Below are positions 40,120 to 49,484 of a stretch of DNA of 64,000 nucleotides, piece by piece. Within the stretch, counting starts at the first letter, position 1; every line of letters starts with the position of its first letter. This DNA comes from an uncultured bacterium (lineage in GTDB: Bacteria; Acidobacteriota; Thermoanaerobaculia; Multivoradales; JAHZIX01): the NCBI GenBank assembly GCA_965368975.1, contig CBDUPA010000010.1, positions 128,001-192,000 of the forward strand, written 5' to 3'. A program made the translations under genes and the position numbers. A model generated the notes under the pieces. It saw only the letters and a program-made list of their open reading frames with translations. It ran no database searches and was not told where the DNA came from.

Positions 40120-41955
40120 ATGTTCGACCGAACAACCCGGACCTTCGCGGGCCTGATCGCCGCACTCGTGGTGGTTCCGTACGCCACCCTCAGCCTCGAC
40201 TTGCAGACTGGCATGGTGGTGCAGGCAATCTTGCTGCTGACGTTGACCTCGAGCCTGCTCGCCTGGGGCCTGGTCTGCCGACGCCCCGAGCAAGCCCGCC
40301 CCCGAGCATGGAGTGGCCTGAGGTCTATCGTTTGGCAACGCCTGGCCCCGCGTGACCTAGCCAATTCCGGGCTCTGGCTGTACAGCGGAGCGATCGCCTG
40401 GGGAGCTAGCGTCGCCCTGCTGCTTGGCAACGACATCATCCTGCTCAGTGGTCAGGTCGTCGCCATGGGACTCTTACCCCTCGGTTTCGTTGCCGGCCGT
40501 CTACACCCGCGCGGCACCCTGGCCCGCGGCCTGATCCTGGGAACTGGCGTAGCGGTCTCCGCCGCGGTGGTGTTGCACTTGGTGGCATGGTTGGCTGCCG
40601 CCGCTGCCGGCCGGCCGGTGGTGCGCCTGTTCCTGGCCAAGTCCGTGGGCGTGGTGGGCTTGATCCCAATGGTGTTCCTGCTGCTGCTCAGCGTCCGCAA
40701 CGCGCGCTCCGTGGCGCCGAAACTACGGTGGCTGTGCGACACGGCACTCATCCTGTCAGCGATCTACCTCCTGGGTTCCGGAGTGCGTGGAGCTTGGTTG
40801 AGCCTCGGGTTCGCCACCCTGCTGTGGAGCGGGCTTTTCCTCCTCCGGGCTGCGGCACAACAGCGCCTGCGCCTGTTACGCCGTGCGGGCTTGTGTGTGC
40901 TGGCGGCAACGCTGCTCGGCGCCCTTGTGCTCGGCCTGCCCGCTTGGTGGTTGCAGCAGCCGCACGACAATCTGCTCCCCCAAGGCGAGCACCCAGCGAC
41001 CTGGCTGCTGGCTTCCGAGGTCGGCTTCCACGCGACCTCGCCCCATGTCGAGCCCCCATCGCGCATCGACTGGGACGAATCGATCCACGACCAAGAGGTA
41101 CCGCTTGCCTTGGATCTGGACCTCGACCGTACTTACCGCCTGCGCGCCTGGGTGCACGGCCATCCTTCCAGCCTCGCCTACGTTGCGCTGCGCTGGCGGG
41201 ACAGCGAAGGGCACCTACTGCACCACCCGCTGGACGCGCGCGCGCAGCCGTGGCCCCAGCTACAAGTCGTAACCGCGATTGACCGCCCACCCACGCAAAG
41301 CCGAAGCGCCTCGCTGCATTTTGGAGTTCCGAAGTACCGCTCGGATCATCGTGACCCACCCAAGGGGGTATGGATGCTGGAGCGAGTCGAGCTGCACGAC
41401 CTCGGCCCTGCCTGGGCAGCCCCTTTCTGGCGTCAAGTCGACTACACGCTCGCACGCTTGAAGACCCTGCTCCCAGGTGCACAGCCAAGCGCGAGACCCT
41501 CGATCGACTATCGCTGGCTGGAAACGCGCACCCTGCTGCACCGCTTCACTGCCGCCTCCTGGCCACTGCAGCTCGCCGGCCATGGCCTCGGTGCCACCTA
41601 CGAATTGAAGAGCGATCCAGATTCCGAGTTGCCGGTCGAACATCTCACCGGACGTCTCGATGCTGCGCAGCTGAACTACATCCACAACTTTTACGCCTTC
41701 TTGCTCTACAAGCTCGGCGCCGTCGGCACGCTGCTGGTCATCGCCGCGCTGACCTTGTGGATCGGCCGTGCGATCTGGCCGTTCCGGCGTCGGCAGACCA
41801 AGGACGACCTGCTTGAACACCTACCGGCGGCAGTACTTTCGATTCTCGTGGCCTACCTCGTATGGGCCGTGAGTTCGCCAGAACTGATCAACTTCCGGAT
41901 TGCGCCACTGCTCGGCCTCCTCCTCGCATCGACGCTATCCCTGCGCAACGGGTGA
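40120..41955 (+). CDS. O-antigen ligase / O-oligosaccharyltransferase-like membrane protein with inserted periplasmic beta-domain
   Basis: Multi-TM; GSGVRGAW; SIDYRWLE; AGHGLG; YIHNFYAFLLYKLG; ~150 aa soluble insert. Confidence 0.7.
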   Translation: MFDRTTRTFAGLIAALVVVPYATLSLDLQTGMVVQAILLLTLTSSLLAWGLVCRRPEQARPRAWSGLRSIVWQRLAPRDLANSGLWLYSGAIAWGASVALLLGNDIILLSGQVVAMGLLPLGFVAGRLHPRGTLARGLILGTGVAVSAAVVLHLVAWLAAAAAGRPVVRLFLAKSVGVVGLIPMVFLLLLSVRNARSVAPKLRWLCDTALILSAIYLLGSGVRGAWLSLGFATLLWSGLFLLRAAAQQRLRLLRRAGLCVLAATLLGALVLGLPAWWLQQPHDNLLPQGEHPATWLLASEVGFHATSPHVEPPSRIDWDESIHDQEVPLALDLDLDRTYRLRAWVHGHPSSLAYVALRWRDSEGHLLHHPLDARAQPWPQLQVVTAIDRPPTQSRSASLHFGVPKYRSDHRDPPKGVWMLERVELHDLGPAWAAPFWRQVDYTLARLKTLLPGAQPSARPSIDYRWLETRTLLHRFTAASWPLQLAGHGLGATYELKSDPDSELPVEHLTGRLDAAQLNYIHNFYAFLLYKLGAVGTLLVIAALTLWIGRAIWPFRRRQTKDDLLEHLPAAVLSILVAYLVWAVSSPELINFRIAPLLGLLLASTLSLRNG

Positions 41956-42288
41956 GCACTTCTTATCACTTTACCTGCGCACTCGATTACCAAGGCGGAA
42001 AACCTTGACAGTACGGAACAGTTTCTGTCCCGCTTTCCCTCCGGCACCACACCACACCCTATAGACAAGCTCTATCAGGGGCGGTAGCCTGTCTCCGAAG
42101 TCATGGACCTACTTGGAGTACTCTCGTCTTGAACATTCGCCCACAAGCTTGGTACGGCAGATCCTTACGAGACGAGTCTCCGTGCTTCTCACTACCCCGT
42201 TGATAGATCAGAAAATCAAACAATATCGATCTAATCAATGTTACACCCGAACAACACCGAAACTGAAAACCACGAAGGAGCTATGCCC

Positions 42289-44007
42289 ATGAAGATGACA
42301 TCTCGCTGTACTTCTACGCTCTTGATGCTGGCCGCGCTGGCCATGCTCACCCTCCCCGCCATCGCCAACGACCAAGTCATGGACGTCAAGGCCGAGGGTT
42401 CGATGCTGATCTTCACTCCGCTGATGGAGTACGAGAGCATCGAGCTGGTGGTCACCGGCCCCAAGCGCACCTTGACCCGCAACATCTACGCCAACGGCAA
42501 GCAATTCGCCTGGGACGTATTCGACCAGAGCGGCAAGGCACGCCCGGACGGTCCCTACACCTTCCAGCTGCGCGTCACCCCGATCATCGATGCCGAAGCC
42601 AAGGAGATGCTGCAGGCTGCCCGCTTCAAGGGCAACGAAGACGAGACCTTCGTCCAGCTGTGCGAGGAAGGCCGCATCCCAGATGGCCCGATCACCCAGA
42701 ACGGCTACTTCCTGATCATCAAGTCCGAGCTGGTCATGGGTGGGGAAACCGAGAAGACCGCCGCCGAGCAGCGCCAGGCGCGCAGTGAAGATGCCGACAA
42801 GGGCCTCGAGGTTTCTCCCGAAGCCGACTTCGTGATCAACGACGACCTGATCGTCGATGGCTCGGCTTGCATCGGTTTCGACTGCGTCAACGGTGAGAGC
42901 TTCGGCTTCGACACCATCCGACTCAAGGAAAACAACCTGCGCATCAAGTTCGAAGACACCTCCGTCGCCGCTTCCTTCCCGACCACCGACTGGCAGCTGA
43001 CCGCCAACGCCAGCGCCAACGGCGGCGCCAGCAAGTTCTCGATCGACGACATCAGCGGTGGTCGCACGCCGTTTACCGTCGAGGCCAACGCGCCCAGCCA
43101 CTCGCTGTACGTTGACGATGGCGGCCGCATCGGCAACGGCACCTCGACTCCGTCGGTGGAGATCCACACCGTCGACGGCGACACCCCGACCCTGCGTTTG
43201 CAGCAGGACGGGTCCTCCGGCTTCGCGCCCCAGACCTGGGACGTGGCCGGTAACGAGACCAACTTCTTCATCCGCGACGTGACCAACGGCTCGACGCTCC
43301 CCTTCCGTATCCGTCCGGGCGCGTCGACGAGTGCCATCTTCATCGACGTCGACAGCGACATCGGCTTCGGCACCGCCTCGCCGGACGAAGACCTCCACAT
43401 CGTGCGCAGCGCGGTGCCGATCGGTGTCAAGCTAGAGAACAGCGCCGATAACCGCAACTGGACCTTCAAGATGAGCGGCAGCGGTTTCGCCGTCAACGAA
43501 GATGCCGAAGCCTCGACCTTGCTGCTGCGCGACAGCGGCGAGATGCGCGTCGGTAACGATGGCGCCGAGGAATTCGTCGTGCGCTCGAACGGTGACACCG
43601 AGATCGACGGCAACCTCGATGTCGATGGCGACATCACCGCCACCGGCACGATCTCCGACCGTGACCGCAAGCAGCAGATCGTCAACGTTGACGGCGCCGA
43701 CGTGCTGTCCAAGGTGCTGGCCCTGCCGGTCTCCACGTGGGTCTACAACCACCAGACCGAGGTTCGCCACATCGGCCCGATGGCGCAGGACTTCCACGCC
43801 GCCTTCGGTCTCGGTACCGAGCGTTCGATCGGCCTGACCGACCTCGGCGGCCTGTCGCTGGCTGCGATCCAGGAACTGCACCAGCAGTTCGAGTCGCAGC
43901 TCGAGAACAAGGACGCTGAGCTCGAGCAACTTCGTACCGAGAGCGCCGAGATGCAGCAGCGCCTGGAGGCCCTCGAGGCCGCCCTGCTGGCCCTACAGCA
44001 GAACTGA
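42289..44007 (+). CDS. Secreted S74 autochaperone-domain fibre protein, paralog 6
   Basis: AAGGAG RBS; signal peptide ..LPAIA; PDGPYTFQL; core near-identical to paralog 1; SDRDRK; HIGPMAQDF. Confidence 0.9.
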   Translation: MKMTSRCTSTLLMLAALAMLTLPAIANDQVMDVKAEGSMLIFTPLMEYESIELVVTGPKRTLTRNIYANGKQFAWDVFDQSGKARPDGPYTFQLRVTPIIDAEAKEMLQAARFKGNEDETFVQLCEEGRIPDGPITQNGYFLIIKSELVMGGETEKTAAEQRQARSEDADKGLEVSPEADFVINDDLIVDGSACIGFDCVNGESFGFDTIRLKENNLRIKFEDTSVAASFPTTDWQLTANASANGGASKFSIDDISGGRTPFTVEANAPSHSLYVDDGGRIGNGTSTPSVEIHTVDGDTPTLRLQQDGSSGFAPQTWDVAGNETNFFIRDVTNGSTLPFRIRPGASTSAIFIDVDSDIGFGTASPDEDLHIVRSAVPIGVKLENSADNRNWTFKMSGSGFAVNEDAEASTLLLRDSGEMRVGNDGAEEFVVRSNGDTEIDGNLDVDGDITATGTISDRDRKQQIVNVDGADVLSKVLALPVSTWVYNHQTEVRHIGPMAQDFHAAFGLGTERSIGLTDLGGLSLAAIQELHQQFESQLENKDAELEQLRTESAEMQQRLEALEAALLALQQN

Positions 44008-44055
44008 TCCGAAGCACCCGAGTTCAACTGAACTCGCGGAGAGCTTGTAAAGATC

Positions 44056-44094
44056 AAGGCCGGCCAGATCGTTGGATCTGCCGGCCTTCTCTTT
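44056..44094 (+). terminator. Rho-independent terminator after paralog 6
   Basis: AAGGCCGGC-CAGATC..GATCT-GCCGGCCTT followed by CTCTTT. Confidence 0.65.
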
Positions 44095-44245
44095 GCCTCG
44101 GCCCCTCCTGGCAGTCAGATCTGCCACCAGTGGTGCGAAGTTCTTCTATAGCTACCCCCGGGGCGCTCGGCCCCTCCTAGCTTTCGCCGTGAGCTATCCA
44201 GCTCTCGCGGAGGAGCCATCTTGATCTATAAGGAGACCCTTTACC

Positions 44246-45967
44246 ATGCAGCTACAACCCGTCCCCTCATCGCGCCAAAGCGTCTTACCCCTGACTCTCT
44301 GCGCTCTTCTCGCGCTGGCGATCTTCGCCACCCCAGTCTCCGCGGCTGAAACGATCGCTGAATTCAACGCCGAGGGCTCCATGCTGATCTTCGAGCCGGC
44401 AATGGAGTACGAAAGCGTCACGCTCAGCGTACGCGGCCCCAAGCTCACATTCACCGAAGACGCCTACGCCAGCGGTAAGAGCTTCGCCTGGGATGCCTTC
44501 GATGCCGAAGGTCGTGCACGGCCTGACGGCGCCTATACCTTCGAACTCCGCGTCACCCCGATCATCGACCCCGAAGCCAAGGACATGCTCGCTGACGCCC
44601 GAGCCAAGGGAAACGAAGCGGAGGTCTTCGTGGCCCTGTGCGAGGAAGGCCGCGTGCCGGAAGGCCCCATCACCCAGAACGGGTACTTCCAGCTCAGCCG
44701 CGGCAACGTGATTCTCAGCTTCGATACCGAGAAGAACAGTGACCTGGACGATCCCCAAAGCCGCGTCGATCGCGAGGCCCGGCAAGGTATCACGGACTCA
44801 CCCGACAAGCAGTTGATCACTGGCGACCTGACGGTGCGCAACAGCCTGTGCATCGGCTTCGACTGCCTACACCCCGAGAGCTTCAGTTTCGACACCGTAC
44901 GCCTGAAGGAGAACAACCTGCGTATCCACTTCGACGATACGTCCACCGTAGGCTCCTTCCCCAGGACTGACTGGCGCATCCAGATCAACGACAGCGCCAA
45001 TGGCGGCGGCTCTTACTTCGGAGTCGTCGACGCCTCGGCAAACCGGCGCTCGTTCTCCATCGAGGCCAACGCTCCGTCCCACTCGCTGTACGTCGACGAC
45101 GGCGGCCGCCTCGGTCTTGGCACCTCGACACCAGTGGTCGACATCCACGCCGTGTCCGGCAATACGCCAACCTTGCGCCTGGAGCAGAACGGTTCGTCCG
45201 GGTTCGCACCGCAAACCTGGGACGTGGCGGGTAACGAAACCAGTTTCTTCATTCGCGACGCCACCAACGGCTCAACGCTGCCTTTCCGCATCCGCCCAGG
45301 CGCTGGTAGCCAGTCCCTGGTCATCGACCAGGATGGAGACATCGGCGTCGGCACTCTGTCGCCCAGCGAGGACATCCACGTCCGGCGTAGCGGCGTACCG
45401 ATCGGCGTCAAGCTAGAGAACAGCGCCGATGGACGAGACTGGTCATTCAAACTCAGCGGCAGCGGCTTTGCCATCAACGAGGAGGCCGAAGCCTCGACGC
45501 TGCTGCTGCGCGACAGTGGCGAGATGCGGGTTGGCAACAACGGCGCCGAAGAATTCGTGGTGCGTGCCAACGGCGACACGGAGATCGACGGCAACCTGGA
45601 TGTCGATGGTGACATCACCGCCACCGGTACCATCTCCGACCGCAACCGCAAGCAGCAGATCGTCGAGGTCGATGGTGCCGACGTACTGGCCAAGGTGCTG
45701 GCCCTGCCCGTATCCACCTGGGTCTACAACCACCAAACCGAAGTCCGCCACATCGGCCCGATGGCCCAGGACTTCCACGCCGCCTTCGGACTCGGCACCG
45801 AGCGCTCGATCGGCCTGACCGATCTCGGTGGCCTGTCCCTGGCCGCGATCCAGGAGCTGAACGAGCAGTTCGAGCAGAGGCTCGAAGCCAAGGACGCACA
45901 GATCGACGAGATGCAGCAGCGCCTCGAAGTGCTGGAAGCGGCCTTGCTGCAACTACAACAACAGTAA
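44246..45967 (+). CDS. Secreted S74 autochaperone-domain fibre protein, paralog 7
   Basis: AAGGAG RBS; signal peptide ..TPVSA; PDGAYTFEL; SLCIGFDC; SDRNRK; HIGPMAQDF. Confidence 0.9.
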   Translation: MQLQPVPSSRQSVLPLTLCALLALAIFATPVSAAETIAEFNAEGSMLIFEPAMEYESVTLSVRGPKLTFTEDAYASGKSFAWDAFDAEGRARPDGAYTFELRVTPIIDPEAKDMLADARAKGNEAEVFVALCEEGRVPEGPITQNGYFQLSRGNVILSFDTEKNSDLDDPQSRVDREARQGITDSPDKQLITGDLTVRNSLCIGFDCLHPESFSFDTVRLKENNLRIHFDDTSTVGSFPRTDWRIQINDSANGGGSYFGVVDASANRRSFSIEANAPSHSLYVDDGGRLGLGTSTPVVDIHAVSGNTPTLRLEQNGSSGFAPQTWDVAGNETSFFIRDATNGSTLPFRIRPGAGSQSLVIDQDGDIGVGTLSPSEDIHVRRSGVPIGVKLENSADGRDWSFKLSGSGFAINEEAEASTLLLRDSGEMRVGNNGAEEFVVRANGDTEIDGNLDVDGDITATGTISDRNRKQQIVEVDGADVLAKVLALPVSTWVYNHQTEVRHIGPMAQDFHAAFGLGTERSIGLTDLGGLSLAAIQELNEQFEQRLEAKDAQIDEMQQRLEVLEAALLQLQQQ

Positions 45968-46011
45968 GGAAACTCATCCTTCCACACGGCGGCGAAAGCC
46001 GTACGAGCAAG

Positions 46012-46045
46012 GCCGGCTCGATCTTCGGATCCAGCCGGCTTTTTC
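46012..46045 (+). terminator. Rho-independent terminator after paralog 7
   Basis: GCCGGCT-CGATC-ttcg-GATC-CAGCCGGC (UUCG loop) followed by TTTTT. Confidence 0.7.
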
Positions 46046-46137
46046 TTGGCTCGTCGGCTGTCAGAGCTGTGACCTCAGGAGCGAACTCCAAGCGTCTGTA
46101 CATCTCTCTACACCTCACCTCAATGGAGGATCTTCCT

Positions 46138-47907
46138 ATGCAGCCGACTTGTTTCCGTACCTGGCAGCGCACCTGCACGCCCCTGCTGGCGCTCGCCCTC
46201 GCCGTACTCCCCTGGGCCACGTCTCCTGCCCTCGCCGACGACGATGTGGCCCGCGTCACCGCCGAGAGTTCCGTACTGGTCTTCGAGCCAAGCATGAGCT
46301 ACGACAGCGTCGTGCTCAGCGTCAGTGGCCCCAAACTCACCCGCACCGAGACTATGGTCGCCGGCGGCAAGGGCTTCATCTGGGACGTCTTCGACACCCA
46401 GGGCCAGCCCCGCCCCGATGGCATCTACACCTATGAACTCCGCGTCAATCCCGTGATCGACGCGGAAGCACGCAACATGCTCGCCGACGCCCGCGTCAAG
46501 GGCAACGAGGAAGAGGTCTTCCTGGCTCTCTGTGCTGAAGGACGCGTGCCCGACGGTGCCATCTCGCAGAGCGGCTATTTCCTGGTCTCCAAGAGCGCAA
46601 TCGTGCTCGACGCCGAGAGCGAGGAAAAGAGCGCCGATGCCGACAGCAACGACGAACGAATCGCTCGCGGTGATGCCGGCTTCGAGACCTCACCCGCGAA
46701 CCCAGACAAGCAGCTGATCACGGGTGATTTGACTGTGCGCCACAGCCTGTGCGTGGGCACTGACTGCCTGCATCCCGAGGCCTTCGGTTTCGACACCGTG
46801 CGCCTCAAAGAGAACAATCTGCGTATCCACTTCGACGATACGTCCGCCAACAACTTCCCGAGCAACGACTGGCGTGTTCAGATCAATGATAGTGCCAACG
46901 GTGGCGGCTCCTACTACTCGGTGGTCGACGCCACCGCCGGTCGTCGCAACTTCACCATCGAGGCCGGCGCTCCCAGCCACGCCCTCTACGTAGACAGCAG
47001 CGGCGACGCGGGCTTCGGCACCTCGACACCGGTCGTGGATCTCCACGTCGTCGACGGCGATTCGCCGACGCTGCGCTTGGAGCAGAACGCCTCGTCCGGC
47101 TTCCAGCCGCAAACCTGGGACCTGGCCGGGAACGAGACCAGCTTCTTCATTCGCGACGCCACCAACGGCTCGACCCTGCCCTTCCGGATTCGGCCGGGCG
47201 CGGCCAGCCAGGCCTTGGTCATCGATACCGACAGCGACATCGGCCTCGGAACCCTGTCTCCCAGCGAAGACCTCCACATCGTGCGCAGCGCGGTGCCAAT
47301 CGGCGTCAAGCTGGAAAACAGTGCCGATGGCCGAGACTGGTCTTTCAAGCTCAGCGGCAGCGGCTTCGCGATCAACGAAGAGGCTGAAGCTTCCACCCTG
47401 CTTCTGCGGGATAGTGGTGAGATGCGCGTCGGCAACAACGGCGCCGAGGAGTTCGTGGTGCGCGCCAATGGCGACACCGAAATCGATGGCGACCTCGATG
47501 TCGACGGCAACATCTCGGCCACCGGCATGATCTCCGACCGCCACCGCAAGGCCGAGTTCGCCGAAGTCGACGGCAGCGAAGTCCTGGAGCAGGTGCTGGC
47601 TCTGCCGGTCACCACCTGGATCTACAAGGATCGCGAGGGTGTACGCCACATCGGCCCGATGGCGCAGGATCTCCACGCTACTTTCGGACTGGGCACTGAG
47701 GAATCGATCGGCCTGGGCGACTTGGGCGGCCTGTCGCTAGCGGCGATCCAGCAGCTCCATCGCGACTTCGAGCGCCAGCTCGAGAACAAGGACCAAGAAC
47801 TCCAGCAGCTGCGCGCCGAGAGCGACCAGCTGCGGGCCGAGAGCACCGCCATGCAGACGCGTCTGGCAGCGCTCGAGGCAGCTCTGCTGTCTCTGCAGCA
47901 GAACTGA
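46138..47907 (+). CDS. Secreted S74 autochaperone-domain fibre protein, paralog 8
   Basis: GGAGG RBS and ATG at 46138; signal peptide ..SPALA; PDGIYTYEL; SLCVGTDC; SDRHRK; HIGPMAQDL. Confidence 0.9.
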   Translation: MQPTCFRTWQRTCTPLLALALAVLPWATSPALADDDVARVTAESSVLVFEPSMSYDSVVLSVSGPKLTRTETMVAGGKGFIWDVFDTQGQPRPDGIYTYELRVNPVIDAEARNMLADARVKGNEEEVFLALCAEGRVPDGAISQSGYFLVSKSAIVLDAESEEKSADADSNDERIARGDAGFETSPANPDKQLITGDLTVRHSLCVGTDCLHPEAFGFDTVRLKENNLRIHFDDTSANNFPSNDWRVQINDSANGGGSYYSVVDATAGRRNFTIEAGAPSHALYVDSSGDAGFGTSTPVVDLHVVDGDSPTLRLEQNASSGFQPQTWDLAGNETSFFIRDATNGSTLPFRIRPGAASQALVIDTDSDIGLGTLSPSEDLHIVRSAVPIGVKLENSADGRDWSFKLSGSGFAINEEAEASTLLLRDSGEMRVGNNGAEEFVVRANGDTEIDGDLDVDGNISATGMISDRHRKAEFAEVDGSEVLEQVLALPVTTWIYKDREGVRHIGPMAQDLHATFGLGTEESIGLGDLGGLSLAAIQQLHRDFERQLENKDQELQQLRAESDQLRAESTAMQTRLAALEAALLSLQQN

Positions 47908-47955
47908 TCCACCCTACCTACCCGGGCACGGGCCTGGCTCGTGCACCGTCCCCTA

Positions 47956-47983
47956 GGCCGGGAGACCTTCGGGTCTTCCGGCC
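47956..47983. terminator. UUCG hairpin between convergent paralog 8 and glgC
   Basis: GGCCGGGAGACC-ttcg-GGTCTTCCGGCC. Confidence 0.6.
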
Positions 47984-48026
47984 CCTCCTTCCCTCTGATA
48001 CCTCGGGCGGGCTCAGAGCACGGGCG

Positions 48027-49295
48027 TCAGAGCACCGTCCCCGGTGGCACGACCGCCGCCCGCGGAATGACGATGACACCACCGCGGATGGCGTAGAAAT
48101 CGCCGTCCTCATCCTCCACCCCACGGTGGTTGACCAGCTCGCAGCCGTCTCCAATGCGGGCGTTGGTGTCAATGATGGCACCTTCGATCCTACAGCCGCG
48201 CCCGACGCCGACCGGCACGTCGCTGTCGGCGTGCTCGGCGTAAATGTCGTAGGAGTTGGCCCCCATCATCACCGTTCGCTGGAGCACCGAGCCCTCGCGG
48301 ATGCGCGAGCGAATCCCGATCACGCTCTCGTCGATACGACGGCCGGTAATGACACTGCCCTCGCACAGCACCGAGTGGTTGACTTCACAATGCTGCAGCT
48401 TGGTGCCGGGCAGGAAGCGGGGATGCGTAAAGATCGGGTGCAGGGCATCATAGAGGTTGAGCGGCGGCAGTGGCGCCGCCAGTTCCAAGTTCGCGTGGTG
48501 GAATGCCGGGATGGTTCCGATGTCGCGCCAGTAGCCAGTATAGCCGTAGGCGAAGACCCGGTAATCGTGGATCGCCCGCGGGATCACTTCCTTGCCGAAG
48601 TCAGTGGCGTCCGTACCGCGCAGCGACTCCTGCAGCGGCTCGGTATCGAAGATGTAGATCCCCATGCTAGCCAGCAACGAGGGCTCCTCGACCTCGTAGC
48701 CGAGACGCGCCAGTGCGTCCGGCTCCAGGGTCAGGGCATCCAGAACCTCGGGCTCCGTGGGTTTCTCGACGAACTCGATGATGCGACCGTCGGCCGCGAC
48801 CTTCATGATGCCGAGACCCGACGCTTCGGCGCGGCTCACGGGCTTGACGGCGATACTGATCTCGGCCTGGCGCTGCCGGTGCAAGTCGAGAAACTCGCGC
48901 AGGTCCATCGAGTACAGCTGGTCGCCGGAAAGCACCATCACTTGCTTGGCGTGCCAGTAGGTCAGGCGGTCCAGGTTCTGGCGCACGGCATCGGCAGTGC
49001 CCTGGTACCAATCGGTGCTGTCGAGGGTCTGCTCCGCCGCCAGAATATTGACGAAACCCTCGCGGAAGTGGTCGAAGCGGAAGGTCTGTGCGATGTGCCG
49101 GTGCAGACTCGCGCTGTTGAACTGGGTCAAGACGTAGATACGGTCGATGTTGGCGTGCAGGCTGTTGCTGATCGGGATGTCGATCAGCCGGAACTTGCCC
49201 CCCACGGGCACCGAGGGCTTGGCCCGCTCGCGGGTCAACGGCCACAACCGGGTCCCCTGACCACCACCCAAGACAGCTGTCACTACGTCATTCAT
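48027..49295 (-). CDS. glgC: Glucose-1-phosphate adenylyltransferase (ADP-glucose pyrophosphorylase)
   Basis: LGGGQGTRLWPLT..RAKP, WYQGTADAVRQN, LSGDQLY, EKP, DFGKEVIP and YWRDIGT motifs. Confidence 0.95.
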   Translation of the reverse strand: MNDVVTAVLGGGQGTRLWPLTRERAKPSVPVGGKFRLIDIPISNSLHANIDRIYVLTQFNSASLHRHIAQTFRFDHFREGFVNILAAEQTLDSTDWYQGTADAVRQNLDRLTYWHAKQVMVLSGDQLYSMDLREFLDLHRQRQAEISIAVKPVSRAEASGLGIMKVAADGRIIEFVEKPTEPEVLDALTLEPDALARLGYEVEEPSLLASMGIYIFDTEPLQESLRGTDATDFGKEVIPRAIHDYRVFAYGYTGYWRDIGTIPAFHHANLELAAPLPPLNLYDALHPIFTHPRFLPGTKLQHCEVNHSVLCEGSVITGRRIDESVIGIRSRIREGSVLQRTVMMGANSYDIYAEHADSDVPVGVGRGCRIEGAIIDTNARIGDGCELVNHRGVEDEDGDFYAIRGGVIVIPRAAVVPPGTVL

Positions 49296-49484
49296 ACCGT
49301 GCCGTCCCCCTCTGATCATGCCCACCTGCTCTCTGCCTCGCCGTTTATCTGTCCTTCTCTCGGCGCCGCCCTCTGTCGCTGCCGATCACGGTGTCGCTGC
49401 CACTACATGCCCCCGATCATACCGACTCTCGTGCCACCTGGGGACGCTTCCGCAACCACCCCCCTCAGCAAGACCGCTCCCTCT

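Noticed and set aside
43400-47760. Diversity-generating retroelement (TR/VR pair) among the near-identical fibre 3' regions
   Set aside because: No reverse transcriptase is present. Differences are mostly synonymous third-position changes rather than adenine-specific, and all copies are intact genes.
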